Assembly (NCBI RefSeq): GCF_004353825.1
Contig: NZ_SMNA01000005.1
Coordinates: 372,001 to 436,000 of the forward strand
DNA from: Occultella glacieicola
GTDB taxonomy: Bacteria > Actinomycetota > Actinomycetes > Actinomycetales > Beutenbergiaceae
Direction: 5' to 3'
Length of the DNA stretch: 64,000 nucleotides
The notes under the pieces were generated by a model. It made no database searches, was not told where the DNA came from, and saw only the letters and a list, made by a program, of their open reading frames with translations. Both the position numbers and the translations under genes were made by a program. Positions 1 to 9,953 of the stretch are shown one piece after another; the stretch's first letter is position 1; the number at the start of each line of letters is the position of its first letter.

Positions 1-503
1 TGGACGTGCCGGTGATCGGCATCTGGAAGGACGGCGATGACGGCGTGTTCATCAGCCCGACGCTGCGGCACTGCCGGGCGGTCCTCGCCGCCGGTGCGGA
101 CATCCTCGCCCTCGACGGCACGGTGCGGCCCCGCCCGGACGGCCTGAGTTTCGCCGAGACGGTGCGGCGGGTCCGGGAGGAGTCCGACGCCCCGATCATG
201 GCCGACTGTGACACCCTCGCCGCTGCGGTGGCCGCGGCCGAGGGGGGCGCCGACATCATCGGGACCACCCTTGCGGGGTACACCGACGCCCGGCCGCGTA
301 CCGACGGACCGGACCTGAACCTGCTCGCGGAGGTGGTGCAGGCGCTGCCCGGGGTTGCCGTGGTGGCCGAGGGTCGGATCCACACCCCCGCGCAGGCCAG
401 GGCTGCGGCCGACGCGGGGGCGTTCGCGGTGGTGGTCGGCACCGCGATCACCCACCCTGCCACGATCACCGGCTGGTTCGACGGGGCGCTGCGCGCCCGA
501 TGA
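1..503 (+). CDS. nanE: N-acetylmannosamine-6-phosphate 2-epimerase (5'-truncated by window edge)
   Basis: Motifs PVIGIWK, MADC, GTTLAGYT, AEGRIHTP, VVVGTAITHP; frame is open to the window start. Confidence 0.9.
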   Translation, partial: DVPVIGIWKDGDDGVFISPTLRHCRAVLAAGADILALDGTVRPRPDGLSFAETVRRVREESDAPIMADCDTLAAAVAAAEGGADIIGTTLAGYTDARPRTDGPDLNLLAEVVQALPGVAVVAEGRIHTPAQARAAADAGAFAVVVGTAITHPATITGWFDGALRAR

Positions 504-686
504 CCAGCGCCGCACGACGACCCAGCGACGGCGGTGGAGGTCGTGGTCCCTCGGGGGGCACCCTGGGCGAACCCGGACTCACCTCAGGGTCGGATCGGGG
601 GAGATCCCCCATGACGCCAGGCGGCCCCGGCTGAGAGGGTGGTGGTGGCCCGCTGGAGGGGCGGGCCACCAACTTCGGAGGAACCA

Positions 687-1397
687 ATGCACCGCTCGCG
701 CGTCGCCATCGTCACCGCTGTCGCAGGCCTGTCCCTGGCGCTGGCCGGATGCACCTCGTCGGGCCCCCGGGTCACCGAGGAACGGGACGTCGACGCCGAT
801 ACCCGCGCTGTCGAGGTCGAGGGCAGCGGGGACCTCTACCTGGAGGTCGGCGACACCCCGGAACTCCTGGTCACGGCCCACGAGCGCACGCTGGAGGACA
901 TCCGCACCGAGAACCGCGACGGCGTGCTCGTCCTCAGTAACGAGGGCGGCTTCGCGTTCTTCGGCAACCGGGGCCAACTCGACTACGAGGTGACCCTGCC
1001 CGCGGTCGAGGCACTCAGCATCTCCGGCGCCGGCGCGATCGACGGCGAGATCGCCCCGGGTGAGTCCCTCACCCTGGACATCCGCGGCGCCGGCGACGTC
1101 CGGATCGAGGGCGTGGACGTGGTGGACCTGACCGTCACCGTCTCGGGCGCCGGCAGCGTGGAACTCCTCGGCACGGCCGTGAACCAGAGCGTCACGATCG
1201 CCGGCGCCGGCGACTACGTGGGCGGGGAACTCGAGTCCGAGCACGCCGTCGCGACGGTCTCCGGCGCCGGCAGCATGGACGTCTGGGTGACCGGCACTCT
1301 GGACGCGACGGTCTCCGGCGCCGGGGACATCACCCACACCGGCGGCGCCGAGGTGACCGAGGAGATCAACGGCGCCGGTTCGATCTCGGGCGACTGA
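687..1397 (+). CDS. Lipoprotein with GIN/DUF2807 (toastrack-like beta-solenoid) domain
   Basis: RBS GGAGG before ATG 687; lipobox LALAGC; repeated (S/A)GAG-x-(I/V) units. Confidence 0.8.
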   Translation: MHRSRVAIVTAVAGLSLALAGCTSSGPRVTEERDVDADTRAVEVEGSGDLYLEVGDTPELLVTAHERTLEDIRTENRDGVLVLSNEGGFAFFGNRGQLDYEVTLPAVEALSISGAGAIDGEIAPGESLTLDIRGAGDVRIEGVDVVDLTVTVSGAGSVELLGTAVNQSVTIAGAGDYVGGELESEHAVATVSGAGSMDVWVTGTLDATVSGAGDITHTGGAEVTEEINGAGSISGD

Positions 1398-1541
1398 CCC
1401 GAGCCTCCGGTCGTCATGCAGCACCCCCGGCCCTCAGGCAGGACCTCCCGCAGTCAGGCAGCGCCTCCCGCCCGAGGAAGGCTCGTGGATCCTCCTCCTG
1501 CGGGAGGGTGCTGCCTCGGTCCGGGGCCGGACCCGTTCTGC

Positions 1542-2300
1542 TCAGGCGACGCGGTCGCGGGCGCCGAGCACCTGGGCCACGAAGCCCTCGGCGATCTCCT
1601 GGGCCAGCGTCGGCAGGTCGTCGGCCGACGCGGCCAGCCCGGCCGCGAGCGCCTCGAGGTCGGTGTCCGGGTGCCGGGAGGCCCACTCATGCATGAGGTC
1701 CGGGCCCGCCTCGGGGTGGAACTGGACGCCGAGGGCGCTGCCGAGCCGGAACGCCTGGAACGGGTACGTCGCCGAGCTCGCGAGCCACACCGCCCCGTCC
1801 GGCAGCGAGGTGATCGCGTCGTCGTGCATGGACGGCGCCGGCACGGTGCGGCCGAGGGCCGTGACCACCCCGCCGAGGACCGGGTCCGCGGCGGCGTCCG
1901 GGCGCATCCGGACCTCGATGATCCCGCGCTCGGGCCCGCTGGGAGCGTTCACGCTGACCTGGCCGCCACCGGCGACCGCGAGCACCTGGGCGCCGAGGCA
2001 GATGCCGAGCACCGGCACCTCCCGCTCGATGGCGGCGAGCATGAGGTCGCCCTCCTGGGCCAGCCAGGGCGCCGACTCGGCGTCGTAGGCGTTGCTGCTG
2101 CCGCCGAGCACGATCAGCCCGTCGAGCTCGTCGGCGGGGGGCAGATCCTCACCACGGTCGGGACGCACGATCCGGACGGCGACGTCGGCGAGCCACGGCT
2201 CGAGCCGGTCGAGGGGCACGTTGTCCTGGTGCTGGATCACCGTCACCACGGGCGTGGCATCGGAATGCTGGGGGGAGTCGGGGGAGAACTGTTCAGTCAC
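1542..2300 (-). CDS. Class I glutamine amidotransferase-like protein
   Basis: GLIVLGG, LGICLGAQ nucleophile elbow, GVQFHPE. Confidence 0.85.
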   Translation of the reverse strand: MTEQFSPDSPQHSDATPVVTVIQHQDNVPLDRLEPWLADVAVRIVRPDRGEDLPPADELDGLIVLGGSSNAYDAESAPWLAQEGDLMLAAIEREVPVLGICLGAQVLAVAGGGQVSVNAPSGPERGIIEVRMRPDAAADPVLGGVVTALGRTVPAPSMHDDAITSLPDGAVWLASSATYPFQAFRLGSALGVQFHPEAGPDLMHEWASRHPDTDLEALAAGLAASADDLPTLAQEIAEGFVAQVLGARDRVA

Positions 2301-2411
2301 CCGAGGGAAGGTACCTCAGAACGCTGGGAGTCCGCAGGGAGCGCGCGGCGTGGTCAGGACTGCCCCGCCAACCTCGTTGCGCGCGGCCTGCTCAGCGGCG
2401 AAGATCGAACG

Positions 2412-4541
2412 GTGACCCGAATCGCGGCGCCGACGCGCCTCCTCCTCGGCCTCTGCCTCGCGCTGTTCGCCGGCGCGACCCTGGCCGGCCCCGCACTCGC
2501 CGACGCCCCGCTGCGTGTGGAAGGTCACGTGGACGACCGCACCACCGAGCAGGTGACCGCCGGGGACGAGGCCGAGATCGAGGCTGCCGCGGACCGGCTT
2601 GCCGAGGGCTCCGACTTCGACCTGTTCACCGTGTACGTCGACTCCTTCGACGGCATGGACGCCCAGGCCTGGGCGGACGAGACCGCGACGATCTCCGGGT
2701 TCGGCCAGAACGACATCCTGCTCGCGATCGCGGTGGTGGACCGCGAGTACGCCGTCTCCGTGGGCGCCGACCTTCCCCTCTCGGACTCACAGCTGGCCGC
2801 CGTGGAGGCCGACTTCCAGGACCACCTGCGCGACGACGACTGGAGCGGTGCCGCGGTCGCGGCCGCGGACGGCTACCTCGAGCAGGCCAACGGCGGCGGC
2901 GGCAGCGCGGTGGTGCCGGTGCTGATCGGGGCCGGCGTGATCGGTGGCGGCGCGTTCCTGCTGGTCCGTTCGAACAACAAGCGCAAGCGCCAGCAGGCCC
3001 AGCAGGGCGGGCTGAACGTTCCGGGTCGGCCGGGGCCCGGGACCGCACCGACGCCCCCGAACTCGATCGAGGCGGTCCTGGCCTCGCTGTCCACCGAGGA
3101 CCTCGGCAAGCGCGCCGGGTCGGCCCTCGTGGGTCTGGACGACGACGTGCGCAGTTCGGAACAGGAGCTCGGTTTCGCACAGGCGCAGTTCGGTCTGCAG
3201 TCCACCCAGGAGTTCAAGACCGTCCTCGAGGGCGTCCGGGCACAGCTGGCCCAGGCGTTCGCGCTGCAGCAGCGCCTCGACGACACGACCCCCGAGTCCG
3301 AGCCGGAGAAACGGCAGATCCTGACCCAGATCGTGCTGCTCTGCGACCAGGGCGACCGGGCCCTCGCCGACCAGGCCGAGTCGTTCGCCGAGCTGCGCAA
3401 GCTGCAGCAGAACGCCCCCCAGTTGTTGGACGAGATCAACACCCGCGCGGGCGAGATCGAGGCCCGGATCCCGGCGGCCGAGGCGACCCTGACCCAGCTG
3501 CGGGCCACGTATCCGGAGAGCGCACTGGTGTCGGTGTCCCGGGCCCCCGACCAGGCCGCGCAGCTGCTCGAGGCGGCGCGCGACGCCGTCGGGCAGGGGC
3601 GCGAACGGGTCACCGGCAACGACCGGGGCACCGCCGTGGCGTTCGCCCACACCGCCGAGGACGCCCTCGCCCAAGCCGTGACGCTGCTCGACTCGGTCAC
3701 GAACGCCCACGACAACCTCAGCCAGGCGGTGCAACGTCTGGACGCCTCGATCGCCTCGGTCAGCGCCGACCTGGCCGACGCCGAGCGCCTGACCCCGCAG
3801 GACCCGCAGGTCGCCCCGGCGGCCGAACGGGCCCGCGCCGCCGTCACGGCGGCGACCGCGGCCCGGCAGAAGAACGGCGACCCGCTCGCCGCGCTCACCG
3901 AGATCGTCGCCGCGGAACAGGCCCTCGATGCGGTCCTCGCCGGGCACCGGGAGGCGAACGAGGTTCGCCAGCGCGCGGTGAGCCAACTCCAGAACGGGCT
4001 GTCCCGCACCGATGCCCTGATCCGCTCGACGAACACCTACATCGAGACCCACCGGGGCGCCGTCGGGGCGAACGCCCGGACCCGGCTCGCCTCCGCGATC
4101 GAGTCCCTGCAACAGGCGCGGGCCATGTCCGAGTCCGACCCGGTGCAGGCACTGCGCCTGGCCACGGCCGCCTGGCACTCGGCCAAGGCCGCGCAGGACC
4201 TCGCCGCCTCGGACGTGGCCGCCTGGGAACGGAACCGGAGCCCGTACTCGGGAGGCGGCGGATACTCCTCCCAGCGCGGAATCGACCCGGGATCCCTGAT
4301 CCTCGGTGGGATTCTCGGAGACATGTTCGGAGGCAGCAACAACGGCTACCGCGGCGGCTACGGCGGCCGGGGCGGGTCCTCCTGGGGCAGCTCCTGGGGC
4401 GGCGGCTCGTCCTGGGGCGGCAGCAGCGGCCGATCGAGCAGCTCCCGCCGGTCGAGCAGTTCGCGCCGGTCCAGCAGCTCCCGGCGCTCCGGTGGCCGCT
4501 CCGGTGGCAGCCGAAGGTCCGGCGGGCGCGGTCGCTTCTGA
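2412..4541 (+). CDS. TPM-domain membrane protein with long coiled coil and Gly/Ser/Arg-rich tail
   Basis: Signal peptide from GTG 2412; LFTVYVDSFDG...WADETA...DILLAIAV TPM-like segment; one TM; helical region; ends GGRGRF; lies upstream of pspA. Confidence 0.8.
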   Translation: MTRIAAPTRLLLGLCLALFAGATLAGPALADAPLRVEGHVDDRTTEQVTAGDEAEIEAAADRLAEGSDFDLFTVYVDSFDGMDAQAWADETATISGFGQNDILLAIAVVDREYAVSVGADLPLSDSQLAAVEADFQDHLRDDDWSGAAVAAADGYLEQANGGGGSAVVPVLIGAGVIGGGAFLLVRSNNKRKRQQAQQGGLNVPGRPGPGTAPTPPNSIEAVLASLSTEDLGKRAGSALVGLDDDVRSSEQELGFAQAQFGLQSTQEFKTVLEGVRAQLAQAFALQQRLDDTTPESEPEKRQILTQIVLLCDQGDRALADQAESFAELRKLQQNAPQLLDEINTRAGEIEARIPAAEATLTQLRATYPESALVSVSRAPDQAAQLLEAARDAVGQGRERVTGNDRGTAVAFAHTAEDALAQAVTLLDSVTNAHDNLSQAVQRLDASIASVSADLADAERLTPQDPQVAPAAERARAAVTAATAARQKNGDPLAALTEIVAAEQALDAVLAGHREANEVRQRAVSQLQNGLSRTDALIRSTNTYIETHRGAVGANARTRLASAIESLQQARAMSESDPVQALRLATAAWHSAKAAQDLAASDVAAWERNRSPYSGGGGYSSQRGIDPGSLILGGILGDMFGGSNNGYRGGYGGRGGSSWGSSWGGGSSWGGSSGRSSSSRRSSSSRRSSSSRRSGGRSGGSRRSGGRGRF

Positions 4542-4627
4542 GGCACCACATCGAACCCGAACCCACCGGTTGAACAGTTTTGCCCGCAACACCAACCACG
4601 TCTTCGCAGACGATGAAAGGACACACA

Positions 4628-5479
4628 GTGGCTGAGAAGCAGAGCATCCTCGGACGCATCGCCCAGTTGACCCGCGCGAACATCAACGCGCTGATCGACC
4701 GCGCCGAGGACCCGGAGAAGATGCTGGACCAGTTGGTGCGGGACTACACCAACAACATCGCCGAGGCCGAGCAGGCCGTTGCCCAGACGATCGGCAACCT
4801 GCGCCTGGCCGAGCAGGACTACAACGAGGACGTCGCCGCCGTGCGCGACTGGGGCAACAAGGCCCTGGCCGCCTCCCAGAAGGCGGACCAGCTGCGTGGT
4901 TCCGGCGACAACGCCGCGGCCGACCGGTACGACAACCTCGCGAAGGTCGCCCTGCAGAAGCAGGTCGGGTTCGAGAGCGAGGTCAAGGAGGCCGAGCCGA
5001 TCCTGCGGTCCCAGAACGAGGTCGTCGACAAGCTCAAGCACGGCCTCGCGATCATGAAGGACAAGCTCGGCGAGCTCAAGGTCAAGCGGGACCAGCTGGC
5101 AGCGCGGGCGAAGTCGGCCGAGGCACAGGCCCGGGTGCAGGACGCCGTCGCCTCGATCAACGTGCTCGACCCGACCAGCGAGATCGCCCGGTACGAGGAC
5201 AACGTCCGCCGCCAGGAGGCCCTCGTGGCCGGCAAGGCGGAGATCGCGGCCTCCTCCCTCGACTCGCAGTTCGCCGAGCTGGAGATGAGCGGCGACGCCC
5301 TCGAGGTGGACGCCCGGTTCGCCGCACTCAAGGCCGGCTCGCTCGGGGCGGCCCCGGCCACCCCGCAGATCACCGACGAGCCCAGCGGCTACCAGCCCTC
5401 AGCCACGGTCGGCGAGCAGGACTACACCTCCTCGCCCGCCGCGGAGGGTCAGCCCACCACGGACGAGCAGCGGTACTGA
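4628..5479 (+). CDS. pspA: PspA/IM30 family protein
   Basis: ANINALIDRAEDPEKMLDQLVRDY signature; coiled coil; RBS AAAGGA before GTG. Confidence 0.9.
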   Translation: MAEKQSILGRIAQLTRANINALIDRAEDPEKMLDQLVRDYTNNIAEAEQAVAQTIGNLRLAEQDYNEDVAAVRDWGNKALAASQKADQLRGSGDNAAADRYDNLAKVALQKQVGFESEVKEAEPILRSQNEVVDKLKHGLAIMKDKLGELKVKRDQLAARAKSAEAQARVQDAVASINVLDPTSEIARYEDNVRRQEALVAGKAEIAASSLDSQFAELEMSGDALEVDARFAALKAGSLGAAPATPQITDEPSGYQPSATVGEQDYTSSPAAEGQPTTDEQRY

Positions 5480-5486
5480 GCCCGCT

Positions 5487-5524
5487 CACGAGGGGCGGCA
5501 CCCGGCCGGGTGCCGCCCCTCGTG
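5487..5524 (+). terminator. Perfect 38-bp palindrome after pspA (likely intrinsic terminator)
   Basis: CACGAGGGGCGGCACCCGG/CCGGGTGCCGCCCCTCGTG starting 7 nt after the stop codon. Confidence 0.7.
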
Positions 5525-5611
5525 GCGTCCGGCCAGGCACCGGCCCCGGGGGGGGCGACCCAAGCCGCGCAAGCCCGGCGGATCCGACCGCCGACCCCTA
5601 GTCTGTGAGTC

Positions 5612-6190
5612 ATGCTCGAGACCCCGACGCCCGCCCCGCGCCAGACCTACCTACTGGTCGACGGCGAGAACATCGATGCCACCCTCGGGCTGAGCGTCCT
5701 GAACCACCGGCCAACCCCCGACGAACGGCCCCGCTGGGACCGGATCACGGACTTCGCGACGCAGACCTGGGGTCAGCCCGTGACCGGCCTGTTCTTCCTG
5801 AACGCGACGTCCGGCGTGATGCCGATGAACTTCATCCAGGCGTTGCTCGCGATGGGCTACCACCCGATCCCGCTGGCCGGCCACGGCGGCGAGAAGGTCG
5901 TCGACATCGGCATCCAGCGCACCCTCGCCGCCCTCGAGGACCGACCCGGCGACGTGCTGCTCGCCAGCCACGACGGCGACTTCGTGCCCCAGGTGGAACG
6001 GCTCCTCGACGGCGAGCGCCGCGTGGGTGTGCTGTGCTTCCGCGAGTTCGTCAGCGCCAAACTGTCCGACCTGACCGACCGCGGGCTGACCCTGTACGAC
6101 CTCGAGGACGACCTGAACGCCTTCAACGCACCGCTGCCCCGGGTGCGGATCATCCCGCTGGAGGCGTTCGACCCGCTGCGCTACCTGTAG
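5612..6190 (+). CDS. NYN domain (PIN-like) putative ribonuclease
   Basis: LLVDGENID, KVVDIGI, LASHDGDF acidic PIN/NYN motifs. Confidence 0.85.
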   Translation: MLETPTPAPRQTYLLVDGENIDATLGLSVLNHRPTPDERPRWDRITDFATQTWGQPVTGLFFLNATSGVMPMNFIQALLAMGYHPIPLAGHGGEKVVDIGIQRTLAALEDRPGDVLLASHDGDFVPQVERLLDGERRVGVLCFREFVSAKLSDLTDRGLTLYDLEDDLNAFNAPLPRVRIIPLEAFDPLRYL

Positions 6191-6773
6191 GCCACCACGA
6201 CCCGACCTGCCAGTCGGTGAACGCGGCCGGGCCGGCGAGCCGGAGCATCCGGACCTGGTCGGCCGAGACCTGCTCGAGGAGTCCGACCGCCCACGGATGG
6301 TCCGGGAGGTACGCGACCCGTACGCGTGCCCCCATCGCGAACGGCCAGGCCCCGAGCCGGTGCGGCACCTCGAACAGGTCCGCCTCGTACGGGGCGAGGC
6401 CCGGCGGCCGCACGGTCACGGTGACGATGAGCAGGTCGGGGCCGTCGTCGTCGTCCTCCAGCCGGGCTCCCGTCACCTCCGCCGGAGCATGCCTGCCGTA
6501 CCGGAGCCAGATCGCCCGACCGGCCCGCCCGTGCGCCCGCATCCCGATGAGGCAGAGCACGACCGAAGCGCCCAGGCCGGCGGGCAGCCACAGACCCAGC
6601 CAGTCCCACGGCCACCATGACGGTGTCCGGTCACCCATGCCGGGCACCGCACCGAGCAGCGCCCCGACAGCGACGACCACGACGGGCATGACCAGCACGG
6701 CCGCGAGTGAGCCGACGAACAGCCATCCGCTGATGCGGCGCGCTCGTGGCAGGCCCCTGACCTCGGCATCCAT
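6150..6773 (-). CDS. Hypothetical membrane protein (2 TM plus beta-rich C-terminal domain)
   Basis: Two hydrophobic segments; GARVRVAYLPDHP resembles DUF3592-like ends. Confidence 0.55.
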   Translation of the reverse strand: MDAEVRGLPRARRISGWLFVGSLAAVLVMPVVVVAVGALLGAVPGMGDRTPSWWPWDWLGLWLPAGLGASVVLCLIGMRAHGRAGRAIWLRYGRHAPAEVTGARLEDDDDGPDLLIVTVTVRPPGLAPYEADLFEVPHRLGAWPFAMGARVRVAYLPDHPWAVGLLEQVSADQVRMLRLAGPAAFTDWQVGSWWPTGSAAGRTPPAG

Positions 6774-6898
6774 GTGCCGAGGGTGTCCCCCCGCCGAACG
6801 CGACCGATCCCAGGTTCTGGTCGGCACGCTCCCGGGCCGCCCGCACCTCCCGTGGCAGTGGACTACCCCGGCCCGGCCCGCCGGGGCACACTGGTGCG

Positions 6899-7564
6899 GT
6901 GAGCGACGGCGAGCAGCGACCGGACTGCTGTTTCGACGACTGGGCTCGCTCGGAGTCCCGCCGGGCCCGGCGGGTGGGGGCCGACGGCGTCACGACCGCG
7001 CTGCTCGATGCCCTCGCCCGGGTGGGGCTCACCGGGCGCTCCGTCCTCGACGTCGGTGCCGGCGCCGGCACCCTCGTGCTCGGCGCGCTCGAGCGCGGGG
7101 CTGCCCGGGGCACGGGCCTCGACCTCGGCGCCGGTGCCGTCGAGGCCGCGCGGACCCTCGCCGCGGATCGTGGGTTCGGCGCCCGGGCCCGGTTCGAGGT
7201 GGCCGACGGCGCCGTGGTCGCCCTGCCCGCCAGTGACCTGGTCACCCTGAACCGGGTGATCTGCTGCTACCCGGACCCGAACGCCCTGGTGACCAACACC
7301 CTCGCCGCGGCCGGCCGAGGCTACGCGTTCGTGCTGCCCCGGTCCACCGGTCTGCCCGGCCTGATCAACCGGGCCGTGCTGTCGCTCGGGAACGTCTGGT
7401 TCCGGGCCCGGCCCCGGGTCTACGGCGGCTACCGCGCGTTCGTGCATGACATCGGCCCGATCCACGACCGCGTCGTGGCGGCCGGGTTCGACCGCGTGCA
7501 CACCGCACACCCGGGCCTGATCTGGCACCTGGCCGTCTACACCCGCGCCGAGGCGACCACCTGA
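6899..7564 (+). CDS. Class I SAM-dependent methyltransferase
   Basis: VLDVGAGAG motif I; LNRVICCYPD motif. Confidence 0.85.
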   Translation: MSDGEQRPDCCFDDWARSESRRARRVGADGVTTALLDALARVGLTGRSVLDVGAGAGTLVLGALERGAARGTGLDLGAGAVEAARTLAADRGFGARARFEVADGAVVALPASDLVTLNRVICCYPDPNALVTNTLAAAGRGYAFVLPRSTGLPGLINRAVLSLGNVWFRARPRVYGGYRAFVHDIGPIHDRVVAAGFDRVHTAHPGLIWHLAVYTRAEATT

Positions 7565-7660
7565 CCGAGCCGGCCACCGCCGTCGGGCACTAGCGTCTGG
7601 CACTGCCGTCTGGCACCTCAGACCGCCGGCGGCGGACGGGCCGCCGGCCCCCCGGGGATC

Positions 7661-7689
7661 CCCCAGGCCCCTCCCAGGAAACTTCCAGG
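7661..7689 (+). promoter_or_regulatory. Three heptamer direct repeats at 11-bp period (putative OmpR/PhoP-family binding site)
   Basis: CCCCAGG 7661, TCCCAGG 7672, TTCCAGG 7683 just upstream of the response regulator gene. Confidence 0.55.
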
Positions 7690-7711
7690 ATCCGGGTTCA
7701 CACTGGAACCC

Positions 7712-8449
7712 ATGAGAACCAGCCAAGCGCCGACGCCGGCCACGACCGGCACCACCGAGGCGCGCCTCCTGGTGGTCGACGACGAGCCCAACATCCGCGA
7801 GCTGCTGTCCGCGTCGCTGCGGTTCGCCGGCTTCGAGGTCGAGGTCGCCGCGGACGGGCAGCAGGCCATGCGCCGCGCCCTGGAGATGCAGCCGGACCTG
7901 ATCGTCCTCGACGTCATGCTCCCGGACCTGGACGGGTTCACGGTGACCCGCCGCCTGCGCGAGCAGGGCGCCCACTTCCCGGTGTTGTTCCTGACCGCCC
8001 GGGACGACACCGCGGACAAGATCGCGGGCCTGACGGTCGGCGGCGACGACTACGTCACGAAGCCGTTCAGCCTCGACGAGGTGATCGCCCGGATCCGGGC
8101 CGTGCTGCGCCGCGCCCAGGCGACCGCGGCCCTCGAGGACTCGATGCTGCGGGTGGCCGACCTCGAGCTCGACGAGGACGCCCACGAGGTGCGCCGGGGC
8201 GGCCAGGAGATCGACCTGTCCCCCACCGAGTTCACGCTGTTGCGCTACCTGATGCTGAACGCCGGCCGGGTGCTGTCCAAGTCCCAGATCCTCGACCACG
8301 TGTGGGCCTACAACTGGGGCGGTGACGGCGCCATCGTCGAGTCCTACATCTCCTACCTGCGGCGCAAGATCGACGCCCCGTTCGGCCCCGACTCGCCGGC
8401 CCTGATCCACACCAAGCGGGGCGTGGGCTACGTCCTGCGCGAGCCCTGA
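7712..8449 (+). CDS. OmpR/PhoP-family response regulator
   Basis: VVDDE, LDVMLP, FLTARD, DDYVTKPF; winged helix IHTKRGVGY. Confidence 0.95.
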   Translation: MRTSQAPTPATTGTTEARLLVVDDEPNIRELLSASLRFAGFEVEVAADGQQAMRRALEMQPDLIVLDVMLPDLDGFTVTRRLREQGAHFPVLFLTARDDTADKIAGLTVGGDDYVTKPFSLDEVIARIRAVLRRAQATAALEDSMLRVADLELDEDAHEVRRGGQEIDLSPTEFTLLRYLMLNAGRVLSKSQILDHVWAYNWGGDGAIVESYISYLRRKIDAPFGPDSPALIHTKRGVGYVLREP

Positions 8450-8450
8450 G

Positions 8451-9953
8451 ATGGTCCGGCAGTCCCGGCTGCCGCTGCGGCTGCGCCTGTCGCTGATCAC
8501 GGCGGGGATCCTTCTGGTCGCGGTGTCGGTCGCCTCGTTCGCGGCCTACTCGCTCCTGCAGCGGTCCCTGATCACGCAGGTCGACGAGCAACTGCGGACC
8601 GCCGGCGCGAGCACCGCCAACCAGGTGCTGGACACGCTGCAGTTCCGCGGCTCGGACGAGATGCTGCCGAGCGACTACTACCTGCGGATCGTCCGCGACG
8701 ACGATCCGGCCCCGGTGAACTTCCCGGCCACCACCGAGGCCGCGGTCCCCGAGATCCCCGACCTCGACGACGTCACCGGGGACGGGTGGGTCTACTGGAC
8801 CGTGTCCTCGGTGGGCAACGGTCCCAGCTGGCGGGTCGCGGTGGCGCCGTTGGAGGACCGGGCGACCGGTGCCGAGGAGGGCGCCGTCGCAATCGCGCTG
8901 CCGCTGACCAACATGGACAAGACCCTGACCCTGATGCGCCTGGTGATGGTCGGCGTCGGCGCCGGCGTCGTGGTCATGGGCGCGATCGCCGGGTACATCG
9001 CGGTGCAGCGTTCCCTGCGCGGCCTGCGTGACATCGAGAACACCGCCGCCGCGGTCGCCGGCGGCGACCTGAGCCGCCGGGTCCCCGCCCAGCCGACCAC
9101 GACCGAGGTCGGCCGCCTCGGTGCCTCGTTCAACTCGATGGTCGCCAAGCTGGAGGCCTCGTTCGCCGCCCAGACCGCCTCGGAGCAGCGGATGCGGCGG
9201 TTCGTCTCCGACGCCTCCCACGAGCTGCGCACCCCGCTGGCCTCGATCCGGGGCTACGGGGAGCTGTACCGGATGGGTGCCGTGCCCCCGGATGAGGTCG
9301 GCGCCACGATGCGCCGGATCGAGAACGAGTCGATCCGGATGGGCAACCTGGTGGCGGACCTGCTCGCCCTGGCCAGGCTCGACGAGGGCCGCGCCCTCAA
9401 GCTGTCCCGGGTGAACCTGACCGCCGTCGCCTCCGACGCGCTCGCCGATCTGCGCGCGCTCGACCCCACCCGCGAGGGCGAGCTGCTGGCGGCCGGGCCG
9501 TTGTGGGTCGAGGCGGACTCCGACCGGGTGCGCCAGGTGGTCACCAACCTGATCGGCAACGTCGTGCAGCACACCCCTGAGGGCACCCCGGTGGAGATCG
9601 CCGTGCACGCCGAGGCGCCCGCGCAGGTCCCCGCACCCGGCGAGCCCGGGGTGGCCGTCATCGAGGTGCGCGACCACGGGCCCGGGATCCGCCCGGAGGA
9701 CGGCGAGCGCGTCTTCGAACGCTTCTACCGGCCGGACTCCTCCCGGGCCCGCAACGCCGGCGGCGGCTCGGGCCTCGGCCTGGCCATCGTCGCCACGATC
9801 GTGGCCGCGCACGGCGGCACCGTCCGGCACCGGCCGACGCCCGGTGGTGGCACCACCATCGTGGTCCGACTGCCGATCGCCTCAGGAGTCGCCCGCGGCG
9901 ACGTGGACGGCGGCCGGGTCGACGCGCGCCCACACGCGCCCACCAGGCCGTAG
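8451..9953 (+). CDS. HAMP-domain sensor histidine kinase
   Basis: Two TMs, HAMP, H-box DASHELRTPL, N box, DHGPGI, GSGLGL. Confidence 0.95.
   Translation: MVRQSRLPLRLRLSLITAGILLVAVSVASFAAYSLLQRSLITQVDEQLRTAGASTANQVLDTLQFRGSDEMLPSDYYLRIVRDDDPAPVNFPATTEAAVPEIPDLDDVTGDGWVYWTVSSVGNGPSWRVAVAPLEDRATGAEEGAVAIALPLTNMDKTLTLMRLVMVGVGAGVVVMGAIAGYIAVQRSLRGLRDIENTAAAVAGGDLSRRVPAQPTTTEVGRLGASFNSMVAKLEASFAAQTASEQRMRRFVSDASHELRTPLASIRGYGELYRMGAVPPDEVGATMRRIENESIRMGNLVADLLALARLDEGRALKLSRVNLTAVASDALADLRALDPTREGELLAAGPLWVEADSDRVRQVVTNLIGNVVQHTPEGTPVEIAVHAEAPAQVPAPGEPGVAVIEVRDHGPGIRPEDGERVFERFYRPDSSRARNAGGGSGLGLAIVATIVAAHGGTVRHRPTPGGGTTIVVRLPIASGVARGDVDGGRVDARPHAPTRP

Noticed and set aside
1416..2411. Apparent N-terminal extension of the 1041-aa ORF
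   Set aside because: It overlaps the glutamine amidotransferase gene on the minus strand; the signal peptide starts at GTG 2412.
5548..5555. G8 homopolymer upstream of the NYN gene as a phase-variation switch
   Set aside because: The run is short for a high-GC genome and lies upstream of the likely -35/-10 spacer.
9882..9953. Convergent 3' overlaps (kinase/modC; also 6150-6190 and 19800-19826)
   Set aside because: Tail overlaps are common in stop-poor high-GC genomes, and there is no evidence of function.
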